DNA of 64,000 nt from an archaeon (GTDB taxonomy: Archaea > Nanobdellota > Nanobdellia > Woesearchaeales > GW2011-AR9). A program made the position numbers and the translations under genes. This document shows positions 9,183 through 18,582 of the stretch, one piece after another. Within the stretch, counting starts at the first letter, position 1; each line of letters begins with the position of its first letter. The DNA is taken from positions 2,569 through 66,568 of the forward strand of contig JAHFSD010000002.1 in assembly GCA_023265925.1 (NCBI GenBank). The letters run 5' to 3'. The notes below the pieces were generated by a model that ran no database searches, was not told the DNA's origin, and worked only from the letters and a program-made list of their open reading frames with translations.

Positions 9183-10226
9183 ATGAAAAAGGCTATCATC
9201 ACCGGCGGAGCAGGATTTATCGGATCGCATTTGGTAGAATTATTGCTCCAGGAAGGCTTTACCGTGATTGTTCTGGATAATATGTCCAACGGGCAGTTAG
9301 ATAATGTAGAGTTGTTTAAAGATAATCCACGATATCACTTCTATCAGGTTAATTTGGCAGAAGAATTCGATGACTCTGTTTTTAAGGATATAGATTATGT
9401 CTTCCACCTCGCTGCTTTAGCCGATATTGTCCCTTCCATTGACGAGCCGTTCAAGTATCATCAAGCCAACGTCACGGCCACGATTCGCGTTCTGGAAGCC
9501 TGCCGGAAATATGGCGTAAAAAAGTTAGTATATAGTGCCTCTAATTCCTGCTACGGAATTCCTGACTCCTATCCCACTCCGGAGACGGCGGAAATCAAGC
9601 CGGAATATCCTTATGCCTTTATGAAAGCCATTGCCGAGCAGTATGTGCTGTTCTGGGGCAAAGTGTACAACATTCCCGTAATCTCCCTGCGCTATTTTAA
9701 TGTCTTTGGAACGAGAGCAAGAACGAATAATACCTATGGAGCCGTGTTTAAAGTCTTCCTGACCCAGAAACTGCATGACCAGCCGTTAACGATTGTCGGT
9801 GATGGCAGGCAAACTCGTGATTTTACGTACGTCACGGATATTGCTCGGGCCAATTTACTGGCGGCCGAATCAGAGATACAGGGAGAAATTATCAACATCG
9901 CGACGGGGAAACCACAGTCAGTTAATTATCTCGCCCAGTTAATTGGCGGTTCCACCGTGAGTATTCCCCGGCGTCCTGGAGAGCCTGATTCGACGCATGC
10001 GGATATTTCCAAAGCCAAAGCGCTTTTAGGATGGGAACCAGAAGTTTCCTTTGAAGAAGGCGTAAAAATCATGCTGGAAAATATTGACTATTGGCGAACG
10101 GCGCCATTATGGAATTCTGAATCTATCGGGAAAGCGACGGAAAACTGGTTTCGATATCTTGCTAAAGAAAATCCTACCAAGGGAAATACTGCCAGAGAAA
10201 ATACTGCCGGAGGAAACGATGAGTAA
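9183..10226 (+). CDS. NAD-dependent nucleotide-sugar epimerase/dehydratase (extended SDR)
   Basis: ITGGAGFIGSHLVELLL Rossmann motif and YxxxK-type SDR. Start set at MKKAIITGG. Confidence 0.8.
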   Translation: MKKAIITGGAGFIGSHLVELLLQEGFTVIVLDNMSNGQLDNVELFKDNPRYHFYQVNLAEEFDDSVFKDIDYVFHLAALADIVPSIDEPFKYHQANVTATIRVLEACRKYGVKKLVYSASNSCYGIPDSYPTPETAEIKPEYPYAFMKAIAEQYVLFWGKVYNIPVISLRYFNVFGTRARTNNTYGAVFKVFLTQKLHDQPLTIVGDGRQTRDFTYVTDIARANLLAAESEIQGEIINIATGKPQSVNYLAQLIGGSTVSIPRRPGEPDSTHADISKAKALLGWEPEVSFEEGVKIMLENIDYWRTAPLWNSESIGKATENWFRYLAKENPTKGNTARENTAGGNDE

Positions 10227-11238
10227 CGCTAAACAGCGAGTTCTCATTACCGGGGGAGCAGGCTATGTTGGTTCAGTGTTAGTCCCTTTACTTGTCAATA
10301 AAGGATATCCCGTCACGGTACTGGACACTTTTTGGTTTTGGGATTCACCGCAGCAGTATCAAGAGACTATTGGGTTAAGCAACGCTGCATTATTACGCCT
10401 TGTCCAGGGAGATCTCCGCAACAAGGAAGATATCCGTCAAGCCCTGACAGAAGTAGAAAGTGTCATTCATCTGGCCTGTATTTCTAATGATCCCAGTTCA
10501 GATTTAGATGCGGGGTTTACGCATGCGGTGAATTATACCGGTTCGCTGAATGTTATTGATCTTGCTAAGGAAAAAGGTGTGAAACGGTTCATCTATGCTT
10601 CATCCAGCAGTGTCTATGGAATTAAAAGTGAACCAAATGTTACGGAGGATCTCCCTTTAGAACCGTTGACGCAGTATTCCAAGTTAAAAGTAGAAGTGGA
10701 ACATTATCTCCTGCATCGGCTGGATGATGATTTTAAAGGGGTCATTATTCGTCCTTCCACGGTCTGCGGCTATTCTCCCCGGCAACGGCTCGATGTGGTG
10801 GTAAATCTTTTGACCAATTTAGCCCTGAACAAAGGAAAAATTAAAGTGATGGGTGGAAACCAATTGCGCCCAAATATTCACATGAAAGATATGGTGCGAT
10901 TGTATGAGCTGTTGCTGGAAGTGCCCATCGATAAAATCAACAAAAAAATTTACAATGCCGGCTACGAGAATCGAACGGTGCTGGAACTTGCCCTGCTGGT
11001 TAAAGAGGTGATGGGCAAGGTCACCATGGAGGTTGAAGAAACTACTGATCTTCGGTCTTATCATGTTTGTTCTGATAAAATCAGGCAGGAAATTGGCTTT
11101 GCGTCAGAGCATACGGTGAAGGGGGCGATTATGGAGCTGAAAGAAGCTTTTGAACAGGGTAAAATTAAAAATAGTGATGATGAGAATAATTTTAACGTGA
11201 AGAGGATGAAAACGTTGTTGGAACGAAGGGAAACATGA
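10219..11238 (+). CDS. NAD-dependent nucleotide-sugar epimerase/dehydratase (extended SDR)
   Basis: VLITGGAGYVGSVL; YASSSSVYG. Start at MSNAKQ with GGAGG 9 nt upstream. Overlaps the previous gene by 8 bp. Confidence 0.8.
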   Translation: MSNAKQRVLITGGAGYVGSVLVPLLVNKGYPVTVLDTFWFWDSPQQYQETIGLSNAALLRLVQGDLRNKEDIRQALTEVESVIHLACISNDPSSDLDAGFTHAVNYTGSLNVIDLAKEKGVKRFIYASSSSVYGIKSEPNVTEDLPLEPLTQYSKLKVEVEHYLLHRLDDDFKGVIIRPSTVCGYSPRQRLDVVVNLLTNLALNKGKIKVMGGNQLRPNIHMKDMVRLYELLLEVPIDKINKKIYNAGYENRTVLELALLVKEVMGKVTMEVEETTDLRSYHVCSDKIRQEIGFASEHTVKGAIMELKEAFEQGKIKNSDDENNFNVKRMKTLLERRET

Positions 11239-11246
11239 TGCAATTA

Positions 11247-12974
11247 CTATTTCTTCACCAGCTCATACGCCCAGTGGGCAACGCGTTCCGACGATTTCCC
11301 ATCGATGATCGTACAGAACTCTTTCACCATCTTCTGCCTTTCTTTACGCAGCAGGGAGGGGTTGCCGAGCAACTTTTTGATAGCAGGCCGGAGTGATTCT
11401 CTCTCCCAGACGTACAGGGAAGGATCAAAGCCGCCATATTTGCCACTCTTCTTTTGATTGTAGGGGAAGGTGATGGAAGGAACGTCTAAAATCGATGCCT
11501 CCAGCACGCCGGCGGTGGCAAAGAAATTTATCACCACCTTTGCCTCTGCAAGCAGGCGGTAAAGAAGGTTCAGTTCTCCTTTCTGCCGGATGGAGATTCT
11601 TCTGCTCTTAATCTTTCCCCCTTCCAGACGCTGAGCGAGCTCTTGATATCTCTTTATGCCTTTCTCTCGGGGATGTAATTTTATGGTAATGCTGGTCCCG
11701 GGAATGGCCAGTATTTCTTTCAGAACCGTTTCAACCATCTTAAAATAGGCCTTCGTGGAGATTAAATTGTCTTCGATCAGCGGCTGAGTGAGCAGAAGAA
11801 GGTTTTGCCCCGGAGCTGTCTTTGTTCGCTGTTTTACCACCTGATATTTTACAATATTATCATACATGGCAGGACCAGTAACACGAAACTGCTTTTCTGA
11901 TAGGCCTGATTTGATGAAAGTATCTGCTGTTTTCTTGTTGAAGATCGGAAGATACATGTTATCAAGCACGTCCTGGGGTGGAAGATTTCCGATAGCATAT
12001 CCATGTGGCACGAGCATACAGGGAATTCCTTGAGTTTTAGAAGCAGCGGCCAGACAGCGCTCTAACAGGCCATTCTGGCCGGAAATGAAAGTAATGGCGA
12101 CATTCTCTTCTTCAATGATTTTTTTACCGGCTTCATAGTACATCAGTGTGATGAAGAGAAACTCCTTCGACATGAACAAAGAAAAAGCCGGAGAGAGATA
12201 AGGCCATAGCTTATGGTTGTTAACTTTCAAACCCCCGGCGATCATGGCGGTATCCAATTGCTTCCACTGCCCCACAATCTGGGCGGCCTGCTGCTCTGCC
12301 TTGAGTTTAATTTCCTCGTCACAATAGTGGTAGATGGTGCAAAAATCAGGATAATTACTAGAAAAATCCTGCAGGCTTTTTTTGTTTAGGGAGGACAGTG
12401 GTGTCACAAAAAGAGGAAATGGTTCCAGCAGGGCGTCCTGGTGCAGCACATCAATGATACTTTGAATACGATAAAGTTGATTCTCCTCACTAAGATGATC
12501 AGGATAGGTTAAGAAAATGGCTTTTGGCGTATCGGTCTGTCCATGGTGGGCGGAGGTATATTTTTTCCCCCTCTTTGTTGATTGCCGGAAGGCTGCGTTC
12601 ACTTTCCTTCGTTCATTAAAGAGAAGGTATTTCTTTATTACTAACGAGGACAGCTGTAACTGGAGCTGTCGGAGAGGAGTTAGTTCCTTGGCTTCGAGCA
12701 GCTCTTCATAGGTGTTCAGCGGCCGGGGCAGGACATGTTTCAGCAGGTAGCGCTTATAAAACCAGAAGAGGGGGATACTATCTACCTGGAACAGCTCATC
12801 GAAGGATTTTCCATTCGATAATTTTCTGCTGCTAAACACCTTCTGCAACCAGCCTTGGATGAAATCTTCCATCTCGTTCAGGGGTGGTTGCCATGCATTA
12901 AATTTATAAACCTTGTCAAACCCTAATCTCACAGAACAGGAGCGCTGCGGGAGTACTGAAATTAAAAATCCCAA
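11247..12974 (-). CDS. GT-B fold glycosyltransferase-like protein, possibly a CMP-nonulosonate-dependent (sialyltransferase-like) transferase or TagF-like
   Basis: 575-aa protein with a C-terminal region containing an HP motif (ITIKLHPREKG), a hallmark of GT-B sialyltransferases. Assignment is by motif only. Confidence 0.35.
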   Translation of the reverse strand: MGFLISVLPQRSCSVRLGFDKVYKFNAWQPPLNEMEDFIQGWLQKVFSSRKLSNGKSFDELFQVDSIPLFWFYKRYLLKHVLPRPLNTYEELLEAKELTPLRQLQLQLSSLVIKKYLLFNERRKVNAAFRQSTKRGKKYTSAHHGQTDTPKAIFLTYPDHLSEENQLYRIQSIIDVLHQDALLEPFPLFVTPLSSLNKKSLQDFSSNYPDFCTIYHYCDEEIKLKAEQQAAQIVGQWKQLDTAMIAGGLKVNNHKLWPYLSPAFSLFMSKEFLFITLMYYEAGKKIIEEENVAITFISGQNGLLERCLAAASKTQGIPCMLVPHGYAIGNLPPQDVLDNMYLPIFNKKTADTFIKSGLSEKQFRVTGPAMYDNIVKYQVVKQRTKTAPGQNLLLLTQPLIEDNLISTKAYFKMVETVLKEILAIPGTSITIKLHPREKGIKRYQELAQRLEGGKIKSRRISIRQKGELNLLYRLLAEAKVVINFFATAGVLEASILDVPSITFPYNQKKSGKYGGFDPSLYVWERESLRPAIKKLLGNPSLLRKERQKMVKEFCTIIDGKSSERVAHWAYELVKK

Positions 12975-13217
12975 TCACAGCACACGAGCAACTGCGGTTG
13001 CTGGGGTTGCTTATCAGCAACAGCTGTGGTGATTTTTAGTGCAAGACGGGATAGTTTTCCCGTCTGCACAGAAAACAAATCGCTGTTTGTTTTCTTGTGT
13101 TTGTTGGGGAATTTATGCTTTTCACTGCAAGCAGTGGGGTTTTAGACCCAACAAACAAATAAAAAACAATGGAAAAGAAAGTCCCGTAATCTAAATTAAT
13201 CAGAATCAAAAATAACC

Positions 13218-13802
13218 ATGACCAAAGATATCATCGTTGAATACCATCAGGGAAGATGCATTGGTGCACAGAAATGTATTGAAGCTGCACCAGCTTACTT
13301 CTCTTTTGATGGGGAAAAAGCCGTCTTGTTGCTTTCTCAGCAGGAAAATGGTAGCAGCGTTCTCCGCCTGCGGATGAATGAAGAACAGCTTTTGCGGATC
13401 AGGAAAGCAGCGGAATTGTGCCCGGTGAATGCCATTAAAGTAGCCGACGCCGAAGGCAACATTCTCGTTTCCGATACGGTCGAAGTTCAGCAGCAGGGAT
13501 TACGGGAAATCACCGCAGAATACGATGACTTGAAAGAATTTGTTATGGATAAAAAAGGATATTTTCTCATCCGCATTGACCAAAGCACCAACAAAATTGA
13601 AGTGGCCTTTTGCCCCGAATTAAACAAAATCGTGGTCAAAGTAACCGGCAGGAAGCCGTTAGAGATTTACCAGACCATTATTAAGCAGGGCCTGATCTCA
13701 AGGTTAGATCATGCTGCCTACCTTGGCCGGGAATTGCAAAAGGCCTACATTGCTTTGCAGAAGAATATCCTTTATGTACAAGATGATGAGCTTGTTCTTT
13801 AA
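13218..13802 (+). CDS. ferredoxin-like domain protein (N-terminal Cx5C...CP mono-cluster ferredoxin domain + uncharacterised C-terminal domain)
   Basis: RCIGAQKCIEAAP...ELCPVNAI. Divergent from the radical SAM gene 13827-15620. Confidence 0.45.
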   Translation: MTKDIIVEYHQGRCIGAQKCIEAAPAYFSFDGEKAVLLLSQQENGSSVLRLRMNEEQLLRIRKAAELCPVNAIKVADAEGNILVSDTVEVQQQGLREITAEYDDLKEFVMDKKGYFLIRIDQSTNKIEVAFCPELNKIVVKVTGRKPLEIYQTIIKQGLISRLDHAAYLGRELQKAYIALQKNILYVQDDELVL

Positions 13803-13826
13803 TATGCCGGATGATGAGCTTAATCT

Positions 13827-15620
13827 TTAGGCCGTGATCATTTGAGCAGTCTGGTCGACGATGGCCTTTTCCACCTGAATAGCCTGGTCCACACTGATCT
13901 TTCCTCCCTGAACTATCACCTGGACAGCTCCATTGTCCTGCCCATTTCCAGAAACCTCTTTCTTTCCACCAAGGTTACTCTTCTGCCGTGATTCTTTATC
14001 ATAGCGGCGCGCTCCCCTAAACTTGTAATCGCCTTCCAGGTACAGCCGACGATACCCTTCAATAATCTGGTTAGCTTCTTCCAAATCACCTCCAGCATTA
14101 CGAAAATGATGAAAGACAAGCTCTTTGTTTGCCTCAAAAAGCATCTCATTACATTCCTGGTCGGAAAAGCGTGTGAAATTAAATGTTATTAGGTCTGAAT
14201 TCCTGAACTTCTTAAAGAAATCATCCGGTCCTGAGATGATACCTTTCTCTATCGCCTGGTAATATAATGGTGATCCCGGATAAGGAGTAGGCGGTCTGAT
14301 GGTGCGCACCTGATCAAAACGGGTATAGGTTTTAATGGCTTTCACATTCTTCCAAAGAGTTTCTTTTGTATCTTTTTCGAAACCCCAGATAAAGTTAAGT
14401 CCCATGCCGATCTCCACTTTATTTGCTACTTGGAGCGCTTTGAGGTTATCCTCCGCCGTCACCCTCTTGTTCATCTCATCGAGAACAGTTTGATCAACAC
14501 TCTCAAAGCCGATATTGACAAACAAGCATCCGGCCTTTTTTAAGGATAAAGCGACCTCTTCATCGAATAGCGGCGCCCGGGAATTACAGCACCACTTAAC
14601 ATTCAAATTATTTTCTTTGAGCAGCCGTTCAAATTCAAAAACTCTGTTCCGGGGAAAGGTTGATAATTCTTCCAGGAAGTGAAAATAAGTTATACCATAT
14701 TTTGCGGTCAGGTATTTCATCTCTTTAATGATCTCATTCAGGTTGCGCAGGCGCAGGCCTTTCTCGATTCGGTAACAGAAACTGCAGGTATCAGTGCACC
14801 CCCGATTAGCGATGATCGCACAGGTTTTTTCATCACTATCCATCCCCGCCATTCGCCAGCTTTGCGTATAGCTTTCCATGGGAAAGAGGTCCCAGGCAGG
14901 CCAGGGCAGCGAGTCTAAATCACGAAAGACTGGGCGGCGGGGATTTACCTTGACCTGATCACTTTCCCAATAAGTAATTCCTTTGATCTCGCTCAAGCGG
15001 CGCTTGCCCAGTTTGGCATCCATAACTTCAACAATACTGTGCTCAGCTTCTCCCATCAACACCAAATCAGCTCTTGTCCGCTGCAGCATATATTCTGGAA
15101 TGGGCGTTGGACCAGGGCCGCCCAGGAAAAACCAGGCATTTTTTTTGTATTTGTTCACGGATTCGCACAAGCCAACAATGGTTTCTTCAAATCGGGCCGG
15201 CATGAATCCTGCCCCGATAAGGTCATATTCGCTGTTCAAAAGCTTCTTCTCCAGTTGGGCATTAGTGTAATGGAAGACGTCCATGCAGTACACTTCAACG
15301 CTATAGCCTGCTGTTTGCAGCATGGCTGCCAGGTAGCCATAAGCCAGAGGAAAGACATTAAAATCCTGATAAACATCATGGATTATGAGGAGGACGTTTT
15401 TCTTCCAGGGATGGTTGATTTCAATACCTGTTGAAATTGAAGGAATAATTCCCGTTGAAGAACTACCGGCTAAAGAATCGCCTCCTAAAGAATTACCAGT
15501 TAAAGAATCACTTTCTAAAGAATTACCAGCTAAAGAAATACGTGCTGAAGATTGAGCTGAATTTCCATTCATTTCACCATTCCCTCCAACTGTAGGTATA
15601 GGTAAACTATCCACCATCAT
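13827..15620 (-). CDS. B12-binding (class B) radical SAM enzyme with an N-terminal pentapeptide-repeat low-complexity region
   Basis: NRGCTDTCSFCYR (CxxxCxxC) and an upstream B12-binding-like region. The N-terminus is encoded by 15-nt tandem repeats (GNSL/GDSL). Confidence 0.8.
   Translation of the reverse strand: MMVDSLPIPTVGGNGEMNGNSAQSSARISLAGNSLESDSLTGNSLGGDSLAGSSSTGIIPSISTGIEINHPWKKNVLLIIHDVYQDFNVFPLAYGYLAAMLQTAGYSVEVYCMDVFHYTNAQLEKKLLNSEYDLIGAGFMPARFEETIVGLCESVNKYKKNAWFFLGGPGPTPIPEYMLQRTRADLVLMGEAEHSIVEVMDAKLGKRRLSEIKGITYWESDQVKVNPRRPVFRDLDSLPWPAWDLFPMESYTQSWRMAGMDSDEKTCAIIANRGCTDTCSFCYRIEKGLRLRNLNEIIKEMKYLTAKYGITYFHFLEELSTFPRNRVFEFERLLKENNLNVKWCCNSRAPLFDEEVALSLKKAGCLFVNIGFESVDQTVLDEMNKRVTAEDNLKALQVANKVEIGMGLNFIWGFEKDTKETLWKNVKAIKTYTRFDQVRTIRPPTPYPGSPLYYQAIEKGIISGPDDFFKKFRNSDLITFNFTRFSDQECNEMLFEANKELVFHHFRNAGGDLEEANQIIEGYRRLYLEGDYKFRGARRYDKESRQKSNLGGKKEVSGNGQDNGAVQVIVQGGKISVDQAIQVEKAIVDQTAQMITA
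15469..15555 (-). repeat. in-frame 15-nt tandem repeat (about 5 units) encoding xxDSL/GNSL pentapeptide repeats at the 5' end of the radical SAM gene
   Basis: taaagaattaccagY / taaagaatcRc units seen directly in the sequence. Confidence 0.6.
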
Positions 15621-15656
15621 TCCACCTCATTGTTCCATCTCAGAGCACCTTTTGCT

Positions 15657-15908
15657 CTAGAGCACCTCTTTATTTGCTTCATCGAATATTTTAATTACCT
15701 TCACCGGGCAGCTCCGTGCTGCTTCCTGATTTTTGGGAAGATCATTCTCATCGATTTCCCTTTCCCAGATATCATTACCTGTCAGCGTGGCACCCACCAG
15801 ATCTGCTTTGTCATCACTATCCATCTGCCAGAATTTTTCGGCAACGATAGTGCAGGCCGCTACCCCGGTACAGTTAGCCCGATCATAGACCACTTTATAT
15901 TTTGTCAT
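15657..15908 (-). CDS. small ferredoxin (Cx5C...CP type), upstream partner of the radical SAM gene
   Basis: NCTGVAACTIVAEKF...SCPVKVI; 83 aa. Confidence 0.6.
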   Translation of the reverse strand: MTKYKVVYDRANCTGVAACTIVAEKFWQMDSDDKADLVGATLTGNDIWEREIDENDLPKNQEAARSCPVKVIKIFDEANKEVL

Positions 15909-16030
15909 ACCTCAAACCATCATCTGAAGCAGTACATAAGCATATCCTTTTAAAAACTTTCCGGACGAAGTAAGGAAAGTCACGAACTCCAGTGAGTATA
16001 CTTTCCAAAAGGAAAACCTTTAATTAACAT

Positions 16031-17107
16031 TTACTGTCCCCCGCTTTGTAATGAATATACTGCAGAATAAATCTTTTCTATTTCCTTTCCTACCTTTGGT
16101 ACGGCGAACCTGGCCGCTTGGCCTAATCCTTTCTTTACTTTAAGAACATCAGGATGCTGTAATCTCTCCACTATTTTCTCCACCAGCTCTTGGGCATCCC
16201 CGGCCTTGACAAAATCAACACCGCCTTCGGCGATCTCACGCAGCTCTGGTAAATCTGCAGTGACGACAGGAGTTCCGCAGGCCATTGCTTCCAGCAGGCA
16301 TGATGGATTCCCATCCGTGCCGCGCAAATTCAGGTAAGGAAGCGCTACTACATCTGCAAGATTAACATAATCTTCAATTGCTACATCCTTGGTGATGAAT
16401 TGTACCTGAGCTTCGATCTGCTGCTCATTCACTAGATCAACCCAAGGCTGGATTCTTCCATGTCGTGGGAGAAAGAGAAATTGTACGTTGGAATAGCGGG
16501 CCACGATTTGCGGAATAACGGAGATTAAGAGAGCTACGCCTTTGTTCTCGGACAGTGCGCCATAATACAGAATAACTTTGCTCTGCCGGTAGCCACGCTT
16601 TTTTTTAAGATCTTCTTTTTTTTTTGGATAGAACTTTCTGGTATCAATCGGAGAATGGACGACGTGTACCTTGTTGTTGAAGGATAGTGTTTGAGCAAAG
16701 GTTGTCGTTGGGACTGTAATAGCATCCGCAAAGCGGAGGAAGTGATAGCCCAGTTGCCTGAACACGTTTTGTCGATGAGACTTGCTTCGTGGGTAAGACT
16801 TCAGGGAATGGACTAATTTTCCCGGTGCCCAAAGATGAGGCAGGATAAATAGAGGTGAGGCACTAAAACTATGTACAATATCAATTTTTTTTTCTCGATG
16901 CAATTGTCGCAGCAATAAAGGTATCCCTAACATAGGACTTCGGTAAACAGAAAAGCCCTGAATTTCCTCCTGACATTTTGGGCCATTCAGAATTATTCTT
17001 AGGTCATGTCCTTGCTCTTTCAATTCTTCCGCCAGCAGAAAGAGAGTAATCCGTGCTGACTCTTTTCTATTTTTCAGGGCACCGCTGGAAGATAAAACGA
17101 GGTTCAT
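16031..17107 (-). CDS. glycosyltransferase family 1 (GT4-like, GT-B)
   Basis: C-terminal EAMACGTPVVTADLPELREIAEGG motif. Contains T8/T10/T9 homopolymer tracts on the plus strand. Confidence 0.8.
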   Translation of the reverse strand: MNLVLSSSGALKNRKESARITLFLLAEELKEQGHDLRIILNGPKCQEEIQGFSVYRSPMLGIPLLLRQLHREKKIDIVHSFSASPLFILPHLWAPGKLVHSLKSYPRSKSHRQNVFRQLGYHFLRFADAITVPTTTFAQTLSFNNKVHVVHSPIDTRKFYPKKKEDLKKKRGYRQSKVILYYGALSENKGVALLISVIPQIVARYSNVQFLFLPRHGRIQPWVDLVNEQQIEAQVQFITKDVAIEDYVNLADVVALPYLNLRGTDGNPSCLLEAMACGTPVVTADLPELREIAEGGVDFVKAGDAQELVEKIVERLQHPDVLKVKKGLGQAARFAVPKVGKEIEKIYSAVYSLQSGGQ

Positions 17108-17195
17108 ACTATTTACCTATTCTTTCACTGAAGATAATTATTTGTCTAGCATCATCAGGCCAAATGAGTCTCTTCTTTCACCAGAGACGACTACT

Positions 17196-18581
17196 TTACC
17201 TCCTGTTCTGATCTCCATACCACCGGTCATTATAATAAACACTGTCGGCGTGATCCTGAAAAAAACCTTGGGAAAAGGCCTGGGCTGTTTCTACGATCCC
17301 CTGCTGGAGAGTCACTTGGGCAGTAAAACCCAGCAAATGCTGAATCTTAATAAAATCAACACGATAATTCCTTAAATCCACTTCTTTATTCTGATACACC
17401 AGTGATGCGGAGGGAACAACTTCTTTCACGAGATTGGCAATTTGATTGATGGTGAAATTATTTTCGTTGGAGCCGACGTTAAATACCTCTCCGCCAACCT
17501 GTGCAAGCGGTGCCTCTAACACCAGGATGACTGCTCTCGCTACATCGGAGACATGAACATTGGGGCGCCATTGTTCCCCGCCAAAGAGAGTGATTTGATG
17601 GTCACGTACTGCTTTCATCGTCAGTGTATTCACCACCAAATCAAAACGCATTCGGGGAGATACCCCGAAAACGGTTGCGAGGCGTAAGATTGTCGGGCTG
17701 AAAAATCCGTCCGCCATATTGAGCAAGGCCCGCTCGGACTCAATTTTCATCCGGGCATACAGGGAAACTGGATTAACTGGTGATTTCTCCGTCAACAGTG
17801 GGAAATCTTCACCAGCGCCATAGACGCTGCAGGAAGAAGCGTAAATGAAGCGGTTAATTTGAAAATGCTTGCAGACGCTGGCGATGAGCGCGGTTGATAA
17901 ATAATTCATCTGCTGGGTTTTTTCCGGATCTAAAGCGCAAGCCGGGTCACCCACAATCTCCGCCAGGTGAACCACGACGTCAACATCTTTGATGGCAGTA
18001 ATGACCGTCCCTAAATGGCCAGTATCCCCTTCCACCAAGATGAAGGAGGGATGCGTTTGGACCGCCTGCAAGGAGGCAGCGCCAAAAATAAGTTTGTCCA
18101 AAACTTTCACGGCATAGCCTTTTTCCAGCAATTGACGCACCAGGACCGAACCGATGTAGCCTGCCCCCCCTACCACCAGAATGCGCTTATGAAAATTTAC
18201 CTTAGGCGTAAAGAGTGAAGACGGACTTTGAAGAAGGCGTTGGATCTCATCCGTTACCAAGAGATCCACGGCCCGACCGGCCGGATCAATTACCGGAATA
18301 TGCCGGTAAGACCGCTTGCTGGTCAAAGCGACAATCTGCTCCGGCTTATACAACTGGGGAACGGCGGTGAACGAAGAGTTCATAATATTCATTATCGGCA
18401 AGTCCAAAGCAACGCCAGCAAGGATAGCCCGGCGGATATCACCATCAGTAACAATACCCTGCAGGATTTGATCATCGCCAGCCACCAAAGCTACTCCCTG
18501 ACCATTCTGGTCAATTTTCTGGATAACCTGCCGTAACGTAAAACCTGGCTCCACCAAGAATTTCCGTAAATCCTTCTTCAT
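17196..18581 (-). CDS. CBS-pair domain fused to NAD-dependent nucleotide-sugar epimerase/dehydratase
   Basis: N-terminal CBS-like (GIVTDGDIRRAILAG, PVIDPAGRAVDLLVTDEI), then ILVVGGAGYIGSVLVRQLLEKGY and YASSCSVYG. Paralogous to 10219-11238. Confidence 0.75.
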   Translation of the reverse strand: MKKDLRKFLVEPGFTLRQVIQKIDQNGQGVALVAGDDQILQGIVTDGDIRRAILAGVALDLPIMNIMNSSFTAVPQLYKPEQIVALTSKRSYRHIPVIDPAGRAVDLLVTDEIQRLLQSPSSLFTPKVNFHKRILVVGGAGYIGSVLVRQLLEKGYAVKVLDKLIFGAASLQAVQTHPSFILVEGDTGHLGTVITAIKDVDVVVHLAEIVGDPACALDPEKTQQMNYLSTALIASVCKHFQINRFIYASSCSVYGAGEDFPLLTEKSPVNPVSLYARMKIESERALLNMADGFFSPTILRLATVFGVSPRMRFDLVVNTLTMKAVRDHQITLFGGEQWRPNVHVSDVARAVILVLEAPLAQVGGEVFNVGSNENNFTINQIANLVKEVVPSASLVYQNKEVDLRNYRVDFIKIQHLLGFTAQVTLQQGIVETAQAFSQGFFQDHADSVYYNDRWYGDQNRR

Positions 18582-18582
18582 T

